Numbered from the stretch's first letter, positions 32,962-46,000 are shown. The stretch is 64,000 bases of DNA from the human T2T-CHM13v2.0 reference genome, Homo sapiens (GCF_009914755.1 NC_060947.1), one strand, 5' to 3'. Notes: a model not told the origin generated them from the letters alone. Numbers and translations: made by a program.

Positions 32962-33998
32962 TCAGTCCTGCTGCTGGATCATCTGGTTAGTGGCTTCTGA
33001 CTCAGAGGACCTTCGTCCCCTGGGGCAGTGGGCCTTCCCGTGATTCCCTTGACATAAGGGGCATGGATGAGGGGGCAGCTTATTTCTACTCAGACAATCT
33101 TTTTAAAGTGTCCTTGTAGACCACACTGGAAGCAAGCCCTATTAGGCACTCAATTTGCCCAGCTTTTCCGTGTTCCAGAGCCTCCAAATTCCACTTGCCT
33201 GAGTGCCATGACTAAAGTGGTAGCCTTTTTCTTATCTCATTGGTCCTGTTCCACCTGTTCCTCCTGATCTCTATTATAAAAAACTGAGGTTGCCAACTCC
33301 ATTAGGGTTTCTAAATTTTGCTCCAGGCCTAAGGCAGACTTTTGAAGGTTTTTTTCTAATGTCTGCAGCTGTCTGAGTGATAAACTTATCCTTTAAGATT
33401 AGTTAGCCTTCAATAGAGTCAGGTGACAGAGAGGTATGCTTCCTCAATGCCTCCCTTTGTCTCTCCAGAAAGGAAGTAGGATTTTCTTCCTTTCCTGTGT
33501 TATAGTAGACATCATTGAATAATTTATAGGCTTCTTCCTAGTTTTCCTTGGTCCTTCTAACACGCAAGTTAGCAAATGTCTGTGGCACCAATCTCCATGT
33601 TCTGATTCTGCATCCCTCTGAGGGTCTACACTGGGAACTGCCTGGTGGCAGAATTGTTCTGTGGGGAACTATTCTCTTTCCTCTGTTGTCATCCTATCAT
33701 TGACCTGACTGAGATACCAGAGATTGACAAACTCTCGGGCTGCAGTTATGGTGGCACTTCTCTCATATGGGGTTAGTGTCTGATCTAGCAGTAACATTAT
33801 ATGTCTCCATGTCAGATCAAAGGATTGTCCTAACCCTTGTAAAACATCAGTATAGCCATCAGGGTTATCTGAGAATTTACCTAGGTCTATTATAATTTGC
33901 TTCAAGTCTGAGAGGAAAAAGGCACATGCACTCTGACTGGGCCGAATTCTCCAGAATACATCTTAGGGGCATTTTTGCCTTGGGGGGAAGTTTCCCAT
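32962..33998 (-). pseudogene. HERV-W gag remnant with large 5' deletion
   Basis: ATGGGAAAC at 33998; capsid fragment DLGKFSDNPDGYTDVLQGLGQSFDLTWR (33669-33905); gag stop TGA 32962-32964. Confidence 0.85.
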
Positions 33999-35985
33999 CT
34001 GAAAAAAACAAACAAACAAACATAGGGACGCCAGCACCCCTAGTAATTTTCCAATGGACATTAGTCTTACAGCGTCCTCTGTGGTCCTAATGCTTATTCC
34101 TTTTCAGGTCACCCATAGACCTCTGCTTATTGGATTAGTTACGCTCACTGATGTAGCAGTCCTGCACCTGTTTTCCTGCCTTTCTTGACCACAAAGAAAG
34201 GGGTCTGGGCTGCTGGATTCTAGTGGTCCTTTACCAGCAAGCCTGACATTGCCTTTGCACTCAGGGGCGAGTTCTAGAGCTGGGCTGGGTTCCTGAGTAT
34301 TTCATAATAACCCATTTGCCCCATCAAGATGCATTCCTACAAACAACCGTTCTTATGCAAATTCATTTCAGAGAGGGTGTGGGTAACCTTTTGAGTCAGG
34401 ATTGAGATAGAGTTTTTTGATTCTGTAAGTATTTTAAGGCTTGGCTGAGTGCAAACAGCTCGCACGTTTGAGCAGACCAATTATTAGGCAATTTTCTTAA
34501 CTCTGCTTCTACAAGAGTTTCCCTCAATTATTGAATACCCATTGTGTTTTTTTCTCAATCACCTGGGAGGAACCATCTATTGTCCTGTCCTGAAGGGAGT
34601 CCCTCCTAGGTCTGTTCAGACATTTGTATGGTAATTAAGATTTAAATCCCCTGTTAGGAAATCTGCTGGGTTAACGGAATTTTCTGTGGTTAATGTTAAA
34701 TTATCTTTCTCTAACAGAATAGCCCCATACTTTAAGATTTTTAAGTTAGTAAGCTACCTTTTTGCTTTTTTGACTTAGGATAGTTCTGAACTGGTGAGGT
34801 GTGCTCACAATGAGGTTTCCTCTAAAGGCTAATTTTCTACTTTCTTCTGTTAGCAAAGCAGTTGCTGCTACAGAATGAATGCATTTGGGCCATCCACAGG
34901 TTCCTGGGTTAAAGATTTTTTATAGGAAGTCTACTGGTTATCAGTGGCCTCAGTGCTTTCAGGCTACATCCTTGTTTACACTGACAACAAAGTGGTATTG
35001 GAGTGTTATAGGGTCATGGAGAAAACTTTCAGTTATCAATTATAGGTTTTAAATTTACCCTGGCTTTTAAAGAAATAGGGTACACTATTTTTTCTTTACT
35101 ACTTCTATCTTTCTCTTTCTCTCTTTCTTTCTCCTTTCTGTCTTTGTAGATGGATTTTGGAAACAGTGGAAGGACATTCGCTCATTGCCCCCATTTGCCA
35201 CTATATGAATATGTGCCTCCCTTTTATTTACTCAATTTGCTTTCATCCTGATCTATTATGTTGTTGTAGACCCAGTTCCAGTTGTTAAAGTACTGGGTTA
35301 TCATTTCTAAGGCCCTGACAAGGGTGGTAGGGAATGGGTCCCACATAACTGCTCATGTCAAGAGTTGTATGCCTAAATTGGGAGGGACACCAGCGACAAG
35401 ACTCCCTGGGTTCATAGCCTAGGGGCCTAAGGATGCAGCATAGATCTTCCTTAGATCCCTTTGGAGATACAACCTGCTGTAATACTTGGGAGAGGAAGTG
35501 AAGGTCTGAAGCATTAGTATCTAGGAGGCAGGGAGAGGAGGAAGTAGATTCAGAGGTAATGAGAATTTTGGGGCTACTCTTTCAGGAAAGTCGTGGTCCA
35601 GACCCAGGAGGTATGGGTCAGAAGGAAAGGTAGGGGCACACGCATGGGTGACTGTTGAGTAGAGACTTCTGGCTGCACCATGATCTCAACCGGCTAATGC
35701 CGGGAGTTCAGGATGACAGCTTTCTGCCTCTAGTCGGCCCTCAGCTTCCCCAGAAAAATTGAAAGCAGAAGCTGGTTCCAGGCAGACCAACACTCCCAAC
35801 ACAGAAGGGTTGGGGGTTGTTAGAAAGCCCTTTCCCAGACAGCTTCCCACCTGAGTCTTAAGTTCAGTGGCCATGCTAATCGTTTTTAACTGGCTGACAG
35901 GTGCCTGGTATTTTCCTCCAATTCTAAGGAAGGATAGGACAGAATAGCAAGCAAAAGTAGTCCAATATTACTCACCACTTTGGAG

Positions 35986-36003
35986 GTCCCTTCATGGTCA
36001 CCA
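35986..36003 (-). promoter_or_regulatory. Retroviral primer-binding site (Arg-type) followed by major splice donor (GTGAGT ~35970-35975)
   Basis: TGGTGACCATGAAGGGAC two bases after the U5 end ...GGTAACA (36006). Confidence 0.85.
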
Positions 36004-36005
36004 AA

Positions 36006-36466
36006 TGTTACCGGGGGATCCTTGCTCCCAGAGCTCCCAAGATGGTGGCGGGCCACTTCAAAGATGGTGGCAAGCCTCGTGTTCTCTGACCTGGGGTTCT
36101 TGGCCTCACAGATTCCAAGGAATGGAATGTTGCACCATGCAGTGAGTGTTATAGCTCTAATAGAAGCTGTGGGTCATGGAAGAGAACCATGGAACCCAGC
36201 AACTAGTGTTCAGCTTGATAAGGACGAACCCAGGCACTTAGCCATGCAGGAACAGTGGTGAGTCTTTAGCCCGATTGGGAGCGGCAATGGGCACCTCGCT
36301 GGATCAGTAGTGTGGCAGACACCCTGCCAGATCCAGAGTGGTGGAAGTAAGTGGCAAGTCTGCGATGGCGGCAAACAGCAGTGGTGGATGGTGAGTGAAA
36401 GCTCAGCTCCAGCTGTATATCAGAGCTCCCATAAAATAGGAGGGGGCCCAAGGGGGGTTGCCCCAT
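36006..36466 (-). mobile_element. LTR17 5' R-U5 segment (no U3)
   Basis: ggcaacccccc...atgggagctctg matches the 3' R; U5 motifs ggcttgccaccatcttg repeats and gatcccccggtaaca end. Confidence 0.88.
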
Positions 36467-38586
36467 TTTTTAATTTTTTAAAAAAATTTTTCTCTGACTG
36501 TGTTAATTTAAAAGAACAGTCTTTAAGCTCTGAAATTCTTTCTTCTGCTTCATCTAGTATGTCATTAAAATTTTCAACTGTATTTTGTAATTCATTTAGT
36601 GACTTTTTAATATTCAGAAGTTCTGGTTTTTCAATATATTTATCTCATCTTTCATATCCTGAATTTTTAAAATTTATTTTGGTTTTCAACTTTCTCTTGA
36701 ATCTAATTGAACTACCTTACAATCTATATTTTCAATTCTTTATCTGTCATTTCAAAGTGTTCATTTTGGTTAGGATCCATTGCTATGGAGATATTGATGT
36801 CCTTTGGGGGTGTCAAAACAATCTCCCTTATTGTACTGCCAGAGTTCTTGCACTGGTTCCTTCTCATTTGAAGCAGCTGTCACTTCTTAGTTTTGAAATT
36901 GCCATTGTACAGATAAAAATTCCTCAGTGGTTTGACTGTAATGGATGTCATGTATGACCTTTTGCCTCCATATCTGGGTGCTTTCAATGTGCCAAGGGCT
37001 CTGTATGAGTTCTTTGGCTATATATAACTTTTGTGTCGTGGCTTTCTCAAATGCTGCTTATCATAATGATGCATTGGCCATATGATCTGGCACACTATCT
37101 TCTGTGAGCTGGGAGTGCAGAGCTCTCAGAAAGCTTATCTTGCACGTTAGCACTATGCTGTGTCAGCAGGTTTTTATTTGGTGGGAAGTTTGCTCTACAG
37201 TAGAGTAGGGGATGCGTAAGAGCCAGCTTACCCTGGGGTACTCTAATGAATTATGGAAACACCCACCCTGATGGGGACGGTAGAGGGAGTGTTTGGTTTG
37301 ATATGCTGAGATCTTAGGGGAGGGGGCTGCACCAGCAACTTGTCCTGGACAGGAAGGAACATAATCTGCTTTCCTATAATGCCCCTGACACAGGGATCAT
37401 AACCTTCAGTTCAGATATATGCTGTCTTTTATCTCTAGTCCACAATGTGACTGAGGTTTGCAGGAAATGCCCATCTGCCAGTTACTGCCAAAATTGCCTT
37501 TGGGCAGACGTCTTCCTGCAGCCCAAAACATACAGTTCTGTGGCTGGTCTGCACTCTGTGGCAGGGATGCTACCACTCTGTGTAGAGAGAGGAAGATGAA
37601 CCCCAGTCATTGTTTGAGCCCAGGTGGTGGGCACACATTCAGTGTGGATGGAGCCACTATTAAAAGTGCTAGACGAGCAACCACAAAGTGCACTTGCACC
37701 AGCCCCCAGTGGGAAAAGCCTTGGCTGCATCTGTGGCAATAGATGGGGTGGCAGGAGGTGATCTCTCTACATTTGTTGCCAGTCACTAGTGCTGCCCATC
37801 CACTGAGACAGAACCATACTCTCTCCTGCATTGGAGATCAGCATTGTACCTGTGTTTCCTTTGTCCCAAGTGGTGCTTTGGAGGGCTCTGCTCCCCATTC
37901 CCATAATGGTGGCTCATGCCAAAGGCTAGATCTCTAGGGATCCTGCAGTTCCCTAAGGATCTAGTGATCCTCTTATTTGTCGAAGTCAGAGCAGATTCTG
38001 GGGTATGTTTGCAGGGTATCTGTTGATGCAGTGAAATAAGAGCTGAGATTCCATGGGCAAGATGGTGGCTTATACTGGGTGCAAAACCTTTATGGCACCT
38101 TCCACCTGAATTTGGGTTGAGGAATCATGTGAGTACAACTGCAGGAGCTCACCAACCAGTGTTCTGCCCCCAGGAAGTTCCCACATAACCATTGAGAGTG
38201 TTACTCAGGCTCATGAGGGCAGAGGAACTTTCCAACAATTTCTTGGTCAGCATTCTGTCACATGGGTGAGGGGAGCAAAGTAATACCCTACCTAACCTGT
38301 CCATGGAACTCCAAGCTTTTTGGGGGCCAATCTCTGCCAGATTTTTGCTGCCTTTCTTTTCTGTACCCTAGCTTATTCTGTAGCTCTCTGAGAGTTTTTG
38401 GCACTCTTCCCTCAGCTTTCCACTCGGGGTGACTGCTCACCCATAACTTTGATCTCTTTTATGAGGAGAACTGGCATTTGGCATCTCTAGTCAGTCATCT
38501 AATGGGAAGCCTGGAAGGGGCTCGCATTGGAGAAGCTGCTCCAAACTCGAATCAGAAAGACACTAATTTCCTTGTCTGAGAACTGG

Positions 38587-41500
38587 CAAGTCTTATGTTT
38601 AAATCTTCGATCCATTTTGAGATGATTTTTGTGTATGGTTTAAGATAAGGGATTAATTTCATTCTTTTGCAAATGGATATCCAGATTTCATAAAATAACT
38701 TATTGAAGAGATTGTTCTTTCTTCACTATGTATTCTTGTTACTTTTGTCAAAAGTTTCTTGACTTTATACACATGGATTTAGTTTTATTTGCTTTCAATT
38801 CTATTCAGGCAATGTGTCTGTTTTGATGCCAATACCATACTGTTTTGATTACTATAGCTTTGTAATATAATTTTAAGTTAGGAAGTGTGATGCTTCCACA
38901 TTATTATTATTATTATTATTTTGATAAAGATTGCTTAGGCTATTCATGGCTTTTTGTAGTTCCATACAAATTTTAGGATTATCTTTTCTATTTATGTAAG
39001 AAAATTTCATTTGAATTTTGATAGCAAATGCATTGAGTCTGTAGATCTGGCTGTTAATGAAGATATTAACAATATTAATTTTCCAATCTGTGAACATGGA
39101 ATATCTTTCCATTCTTTTCTGCCTATTTTAATTTTTTCATCAATGTTATATAGTTATTAATGTACAGACTTTCTCCTCTTGGTTGAACTTATGTGTTAGT
39201 ATTTTAATCATTTTAATTCTATTGTAAATTAGATTATTTCCTGATTTATTTCTAACATTTTATGTGAAATATTAGGATTTTTACGTATGAGAACATGTCA
39301 TCTGCAAACACAATTTTGCATTTTCCTTTCCAATTTGCATGCTATTTATTTATTTATTTATTTATTTATTTATTTGCCTCATTGCTCTGGCTAAGACTTC
39401 CAGTGACATGTTGAATAGAAATAGCCAAAGTGAACACCTTTATCTTATTCCTTATGAGGAAAAGCTCTCAGCTTTTCACCATTGAGTCTGATGTTAGCTG
39501 TGGGCTTGTGATATATGACCTTGATTGTGTTGAGATACATTTCTTCTGTACTTAATTTGTTGAGAGCTTTTATCACAAAAATAATGTTGAATCTTGTCAA
39601 GTGTATTTTTCTTTACATGTAATGAAATGATACTATGATTTTTATCCTTCATTCTGGTAATGTGGTGTGTCATGTTTATTGATTTTCATATACAGACTTG
39701 TGTCCCTTAACTATGGGATACATTTGTAGAAATGCATTGTTAGACGATTTTGTTATTGTATGAACAATATAGAGTGTACTTACAGAAGCATAGATGGTAT
39801 AGCCTACTACAAACTTTGGTTATATAGTATAGTCTCTAGTTCCTAGGATACTAACATATACAGCATGTTACTGTACTGAAAATTGTAGGCAATTTTAATA
39901 CAATGGTAAGTATGTGTTTATCCAAACATATATAAACATATAAATAATACTGGTATTATAATATTATGCGACCACCATCATAAATATGGTTCATTATTGA
40001 CCAAAACATCATATGCAGCACATTGTTGTATTAAAACATCTATGCATCCCAGGGATGAATCTCAATTAATTGTTTTGTATTATCCTTTTAACATGGTTGA
40101 ATTAGGTTTTCTGGTATTATGTTGAAGATTTTTGTGTTTATGTTCATCTCAGATATTTACCTGTAATTTTATTTTTTATCTGGCCTTGATATCAGGGTAA
40201 TGCTGGGCTTGTAGAATAGGTCTGTAATTTTTTTCCTCCTCTTTGATTTTTCTGAAGAGTTTGAAGATCGTCATTAATTTTTCTTTAAATCATTGGTAAA
40301 ATTCACTAGTGAAACCATCAGGTTCTGGGCTTATCTTTTTTTGGGAGAGTTGATTACTTATTTAATCTTTTTATTCATTATTGGTGTGTTCAGACTTTCA
40401 GTTTATTAATGACTCAGCCTTTGTAGTTTTTATGGTGTAGGTTCTATGTTTCTAGGAATTTACTTATTTCTTATAGGTTATCCAATCTGTTGACATATAA
40501 TTGTTTATATTAGTCTCTTACAATTTTTTACTTCTATGTTTCCACTTGTTATGTCTACTTGTTTATTTTTTATTTTATTTATTTGAGTCTTTTCTATGTT
40601 TTCTTAGGTAGTCCAGCTAATGTTTTCTCAATGTTGTTCTTCAGTTTTTTAAAAAAAATCTTAGTTTTTTTCAGTATTACATTATTTCTACTCTGATATT
40701 TATTATTTTCTTCCTTATGTTTACTTTGGGCTTATTTTGGCCTCTTTTCTAGTTTCCTGAAGTGTGATGTTAGGTATTTTATGTGTATTCTTTCTTGTAT
40801 CCTAATGTAGGTGTTTATTGCCATAAGTGCTCCCTTAGAACAGCTTTTGCTACAACTCATAATATTTGGTGTGTTGTGTTTTTGTTTTCATTTGTCCAAG
40901 ATTTTTTTTTAATTTCCTTTTATTAGTTGACCCATTTTTTTTCAGAAGGATATTTGTTTATTTCTACATAATGGGGAGTTTTCTAATTTTCTAAATTGAT
41001 TTTTAGTTTCATAACATTGTGGCTGAAATGATACTTCATACGATTTTGATGTTTTTAAATTTGGTAAGACATGTATTGTGGCCTAACAAATTGTCTGTCT
41101 TGGAGAATGTTCCATGAGCACTTGAGAAGAATGTGTGTTCTGCTGCTGCTAGATGGAATATTCTTTATATTCCAGTTGGGTCGATTTGTTCTCAAGTGTA
41201 GTTTAAGTCCAGTATTTCCTTGTTGATATTCTCTCCAGATGATCTATACATTGTTGAAAGTGGAGTGTTGAAGTACTGTACAATTATTTTGTTACTCTCT
41301 TCAGATCTATTATAATTTGCTTTATGTAGCTATATATATCTCATCAACATTGGACCATATAACTATATAAAGCAAATTGTAATATCATCTTGAATAATAG
41401 ACTGTTTTATCATTATATAATAACCTCCTTTGTCTCTTGTGGGCCTTATTTTTTACTTCAACTATATTTTGCCTAAGTATAGCCACCTCTGTTACTTTTT

Positions 41501-42700
41501 GATGCTGCAATTTGCATGGAATATATTTTTCTATCTCTTTATTGTATTCTGCACCTCTAGAATTTCTTTTCCTTTCTCTTTTATTTAATTGTTTGTATCT
41601 CTTTGTTGTACTTCTCATTTTGTTTGTGTATCATTTTCCTGAATTCTTTTAGTTGTCTCTATGAGTTTTCTTGTAGCTCGCTGAGATTCTTTAAAGTGAT
41701 TATTTTGAATTCTTTGTCAGGCAATTTGTAGTTCTATATTTCTTTGGGGTCAGTCACTGGGGCTTTATTTTGGTCCTTCAATTCTTTCATATTTCCTTGA
41801 TCCTTTATGTTCCTTGGAGGCTTGGATTGTTGTCTTCACAGTTGAAAAAGCAGTTATCTTCTCTACTGTTTATAACAGGCTTTGGGGAAGAAAGATCTTT
41901 ACCAGTGAGCCCAGCCAGATATTCTGGGAGGCGTTCAGACCTTTTCCATGGATGTGCCTTCTTCACTCTTCTTAATTATTCTTAGGGGGAAAGACTGAGT
42001 ATTGTTTACCTTCTCTCTATGCTGCAAAGCGAGACCTGGTGCTCTGACCATCCCATTTATTTTCCCTAAAGCAGTGTGTCCTGAGTTGTTCAAGTTTATA
42101 TGCCCTCTCTCAATCCAGAAGATTCAAGCTGACTGTTAAGATTCTGACCTGATTATGAGATCCATATGCTATTTATTGTTCTCATGTGAGTCATGCACAG
42201 AGATGTGTGGGGTGCTTTCCACTGGGGAGGAAGGAAGCTTGGGGCACATGTTGGCTGCGTGTGGGGTCCTCAGGTAAGTCACCCTGCAGGGCTTATGGAC
42301 AATTTTCTTGGTGGAGTCCATGTACTGGTAAGTAGTATTCATGACTGATTATTGTGTATTGCATGCTGGCTCTTATGTGTTTCCTCTCCTTTTCACTGCT
42401 CCTAGTTAACTGCAGAGAATTCAGCTTTGCTGATGTACTCTGTTTTGAGTGGGGCAAGAGAGAAGGTCATCTCCTGGGCAGTATTCTGCATGGCCGGGGA
42501 AGCTGTGTCTCCAACTTTAATTTGTGGGAGAAATTTCCTTTTCCTTGGGCCTCTTTTGGCACCAAGCTCTGTTACCTTAGGGTAGAGGTGATACAGTTAA
42601 TGGGAAACTACTTCTCTTACCCTCTTCAACATATTTACTCTTGGAGTTTTTTGTTCCACCAGGGTGCTACACCTAGAATCGAAAGCTCCCACAACATTAT
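38587..42700 (-). mobile_element. Continuation of the L1MA-like host (ORF2 toward 5' region, with deletions)
   Basis: Antisense L1 ORF2 motifs resume immediately after the TSD; 5' boundary approximate. Confidence 0.75.
39693..40028. mobile_element. Tigger3-like (TcMar-Tigger) MITE
   Basis: TA flanks (39691-39692, 40029-40030); agaaatgcattgttagacgatttt, gatggtatagcctactac and gcatgttactgtactgaa motifs. Confidence 0.8.
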
Positions 42701-42769
42701 TATTTTTAATGAATAAATTAAATTATTTTTCACCTGCAACTATTCCTATGGGAGTATTACTCTTTTAAA

Positions 42770-43018
42770 ATTTTCTTTATCTTAACAGATACATACTAGT
42801 TGTACATATTTATGGGGTACATGTAATATTTCGATACAAGTATACAATGCATAATAGTCAAATCTAGTAATTGGGATATCCATTGCCTAAAACATTTATT
42901 ATTACTTTGTGTTAGTAATATTCCAAATCGACTCTTCTAGTTATTTTGAAATATAGAATACATTGTTGATAACTATAGTCACCTTATTGTGATACCAAAC
43001 ACTAGATTTTATTCTTTC
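42770..43018 (-). mobile_element. L1MA 3' fragment (resumes ~51812-51945 after two L1PA insertions)
   Basis: gttgtacatatttatggggtacatgt; continuation tttttgttcacagtaatcaacc...cttcccagcctctggtaatc. Confidence 0.75.
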
Positions 43019-46000
43019 TTTTTTTTAAATTATATTTTAAGTTCTGGGATACATGTATATTTTAAGTTCTGCGGAATGTGCAGGTTTGTTACATAGGTAT
43101 ACACATGCCATGGTGGTTTGCTGCACCTAACAACCTGTCATCTAAATTAGGTATTTCTTCTAATGCTATCCCTCCCCTAGCACCCCACCCTATGACAGGC
43201 CCCAGCATGTGATGTTCCCCTCCCTGTGTTCATGTGTTCTCATTGTTCAACTCCCAGTTATGAGTGACAACATGCAGTGTTTGGTTTTCTGTTCTTGTGT
43301 TAGTTTGCTGAGAATGATGGTTTCCAGCTACATCCATCTTCCTGCAAAGGACATGAACTCATCCTTCTTTTCTGGCTGCATAGTATTTCATGGTGTATAT
43401 GTGCCACATTTTCTTTATCCAGTCTATTATTGATGGGTATTTGCCTTGGTTCCAAGTCTTTGCTACTGTGAACAGTGCTGCAATAAACATATGTGTGTGT
43501 GTGTCTTTATAGTAGAATAATCTATAATCCTTTGGGTATATACCCAGTAATGGGATTGCTGGGTCAAATGGTATTTCTGGTTCTAGATCCTCGAGGAATC
43601 ACCACACTGTCTTCCACAATGGTTGAACTAATTGATACTCCAACCAACACTGTAAAAGCGTTCCTATTTCTCCACACCCTCTCCAGCATCTGTTGTTTCC
43701 TGACTTGTTAATGATCGCCATTCTAACTAACATGAGATGGTATCTCATTGTGGTTTTGATTTGCATTTCTGTAATGACCAGTAATGACGAGCTTTTTATT
43801 TCATATGTTTGTTGGCTGCATAAATATCTTCTAGTGAGAAGTGTCTGTTTATATGCTTCACCCACTTTTTGGTGAGGTTTGTTTTTTTCTTGTAAAGCTG
43901 TTTAAGTTCCTTGTAGATTCTGGATATCAGCCCTTTGTCAGATGGAGAGATTGCAAAAATTTTCTCCTATTCTGTATGTTGCCTGTTCTCTCTGATGATA
44001 GTTTCTTTGCTATGCTGAAGCTCTTTAGTTTAATTAGATTCCATTTGTCAATTTTGGCTTTTGTTGCCATTGCTTTTGGTGTTTTAGTCATAAAGTCCTT
44101 GCCCATGCCTAAGTCCTGAATGGTATTGCCTAGGTTTTCTTCTAAGGTTTTTATGGTTTTAGGTCTTACATTTAAGTCTTTAATCCATCTTGAGTTAATT
44201 TTTGTATAAGGTGTAAGTAAGGAGTCCAGTTTCTGTTTTCTGCATATGGCTAGCCAGTTTTCACAGCACTATTTATTTAATAGGGAATCCTTTCCCCATT
44301 GCTTGTGTCAGGTTTGTCAAAGATCAGATGGTTGTAGATGTGTGGCGTTATTTCTGAGACCTCTGTTCTGTTCCATTTATCTATATGTCTGTTTTGGTAC
44401 CATGCTGTTTTGGTTACTGTAGCCTTGCAGTATAGTTTGAAGTCAGGTAGTGTGATGCCTCCAGCTTTGTTCATTTTGCTTAGGATTGTCTTGACTGTAC
44501 AGGCTCTTTTTTGTTTCCATATAAAATTTAAAATATTTTCTAACTCTGTGAATAAAGTCAATGGTAGCTTGATGGGGATAGCATTGAATTTATAAATTAC
44601 TTTGGGCAGTATGGCCATTTTCATGATATTGATTCTTTCTATCCATGAGCATGGGATGTTTTTCCACTTGTTTGTGTCCTCTCTTATTTCCTTGAGCAGT
44701 GATTTGTAGTTCTCCTTGAAGAGGTCATTCACATCCCTTGTAAGTTGTATTTGTAGGTATTTTATTCTCTTTGTACAAATTGTGAATGGGAGTTCACTCA
44801 TGATTTGGCTCTCTGTTTGTCTGTTATTGGTGTATAGGAATGTTTGTAATTTTTGCACATTGATTTTGTATCCTGAGACTTTGCTGAAGTTGCTTATAAG
44901 CTTATGGAGATTTTGGGTTGAGACTATGGGCTCTTCTAAATATACAATCATGTCATCTGCAAACAGAGACAATTTGACATCCTCTCTTCCTATTTGAATA
45001 CCTTGTATTTCTTTCTCTTGCCCGATTGCCCTGGCCAGAAATTCTGATACTATTTTACACAGGAGTGGTGAGAGAGGGCATCTTTGTCTTGTGCCAGTTT
45101 TCAAATAAATGCTTCCAGCTTTTGCTTTTGCCTCGTCAGTATGATATTGGCTGTGGGTTTGTCATAAATAGCTCTTATTATTTTGAGATATGTTTAATCA
45201 ATATATAGTTTATTGAGAGCTTTTAGCATGAAAGGGTGTTGAATTTTATCAAAGGCCTTTTCTGCATCGATTCAGATAATCATGTGGTTTTTGTCATTGG
45301 TTCTGTTTATGTGATGGATTACATGTATTGATTTGTGTATATTGGACAAGCCTTGCATCCCAGGGATGAAGCTGACTTGATTGTGGTGGATAAGCTTTTT
45401 GATTCGCTACTGGATTCAGTTTGCCAGTATTTTATTGAGGATTTTTGCATTGATATTAATGAAGGATATTTGCCTGAAATTTTCTTGTTTTGTTGTCTTT
45501 CTGCCAGGTTTTGGTATCAGGATGATGCTGGACTCATAAAATGAGTTAGGGCGGATTCCCTCTGTTTCTATTGTTTGGAAGAGTTACAGAAGAAATGGTA
45601 TCAACTCCTCCTTGTACCTCTGGTAGAATTTGACTGTAAATTCATCTTGTCCTGGGCTTTTTTTTTTTTTTTTTTTGGTTGGTAGGCTATTAATTACTGC
45701 CTCAATTTCAGCAATTGTTATTGGTCTATTCAGGGATGTGACTTCTTTTTGGTTTAGTCTTGGGAGGGTGTACGTGTCCAGGAATTTATCCATTTCTTCT
45801 AGATTTTCTTGTTTATTTGCATAGAGATATTTATAGTATTCTCTGATGGTAGTTTGTATTTTTATGGGATCAGTGGTGGTATTCCCTTCATCATTTTTAT
45901 TGCATCTACTTGATTCTTCTCTCTTTCCTTCTTTATTAGTCTGGCTAGCAGTCTATATATTTTGTAGATCTGTACAAAAAAAAACAGCTCCTGGATTCGT

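Larger units (their letters stand above)
29354..36466 (-). mobile_element. HERV-W (HERV17-int/LTR17) processed pseudogene: R-U5-PBS-gag-pro-pol-(IN/env deleted)-PPT-U3-R-polyA
   Basis: 5' end starts in R (no U3); 3' end stops after attaaatcttgcaactgc + A13 (no U5); gag remnant 33998-32962; protease LLNIGRA (catalytic D lost); RT LPQGFRDSPHLFG/YADD; RNase H IYTDSKYA; env TM tail FVSSRIEAVKLQ. Confidence 0.93.

Noticed and set aside
35095-35145. CT-rich tract as an independent regulatory element
   Set aside because: Corresponds to the AG-rich low-complexity stretch of the HERV-W pre-gag leader.
36310-36957. 215-aa + strand ORF
   Set aside because: Antisense read across the LTR17 R-U5/L1 ORF1 junction with T-rich low-complexity composition; no independent coding evidence.
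38466-38588. Direct repeat gagaactggca (38466-38476 and 38578-38588) as a TSD
   Set aside because: The first copy lies inside the L1 5'UTR and the enclosed sequence has no tail; the longer caagtcttat duplication explains the boundary better.
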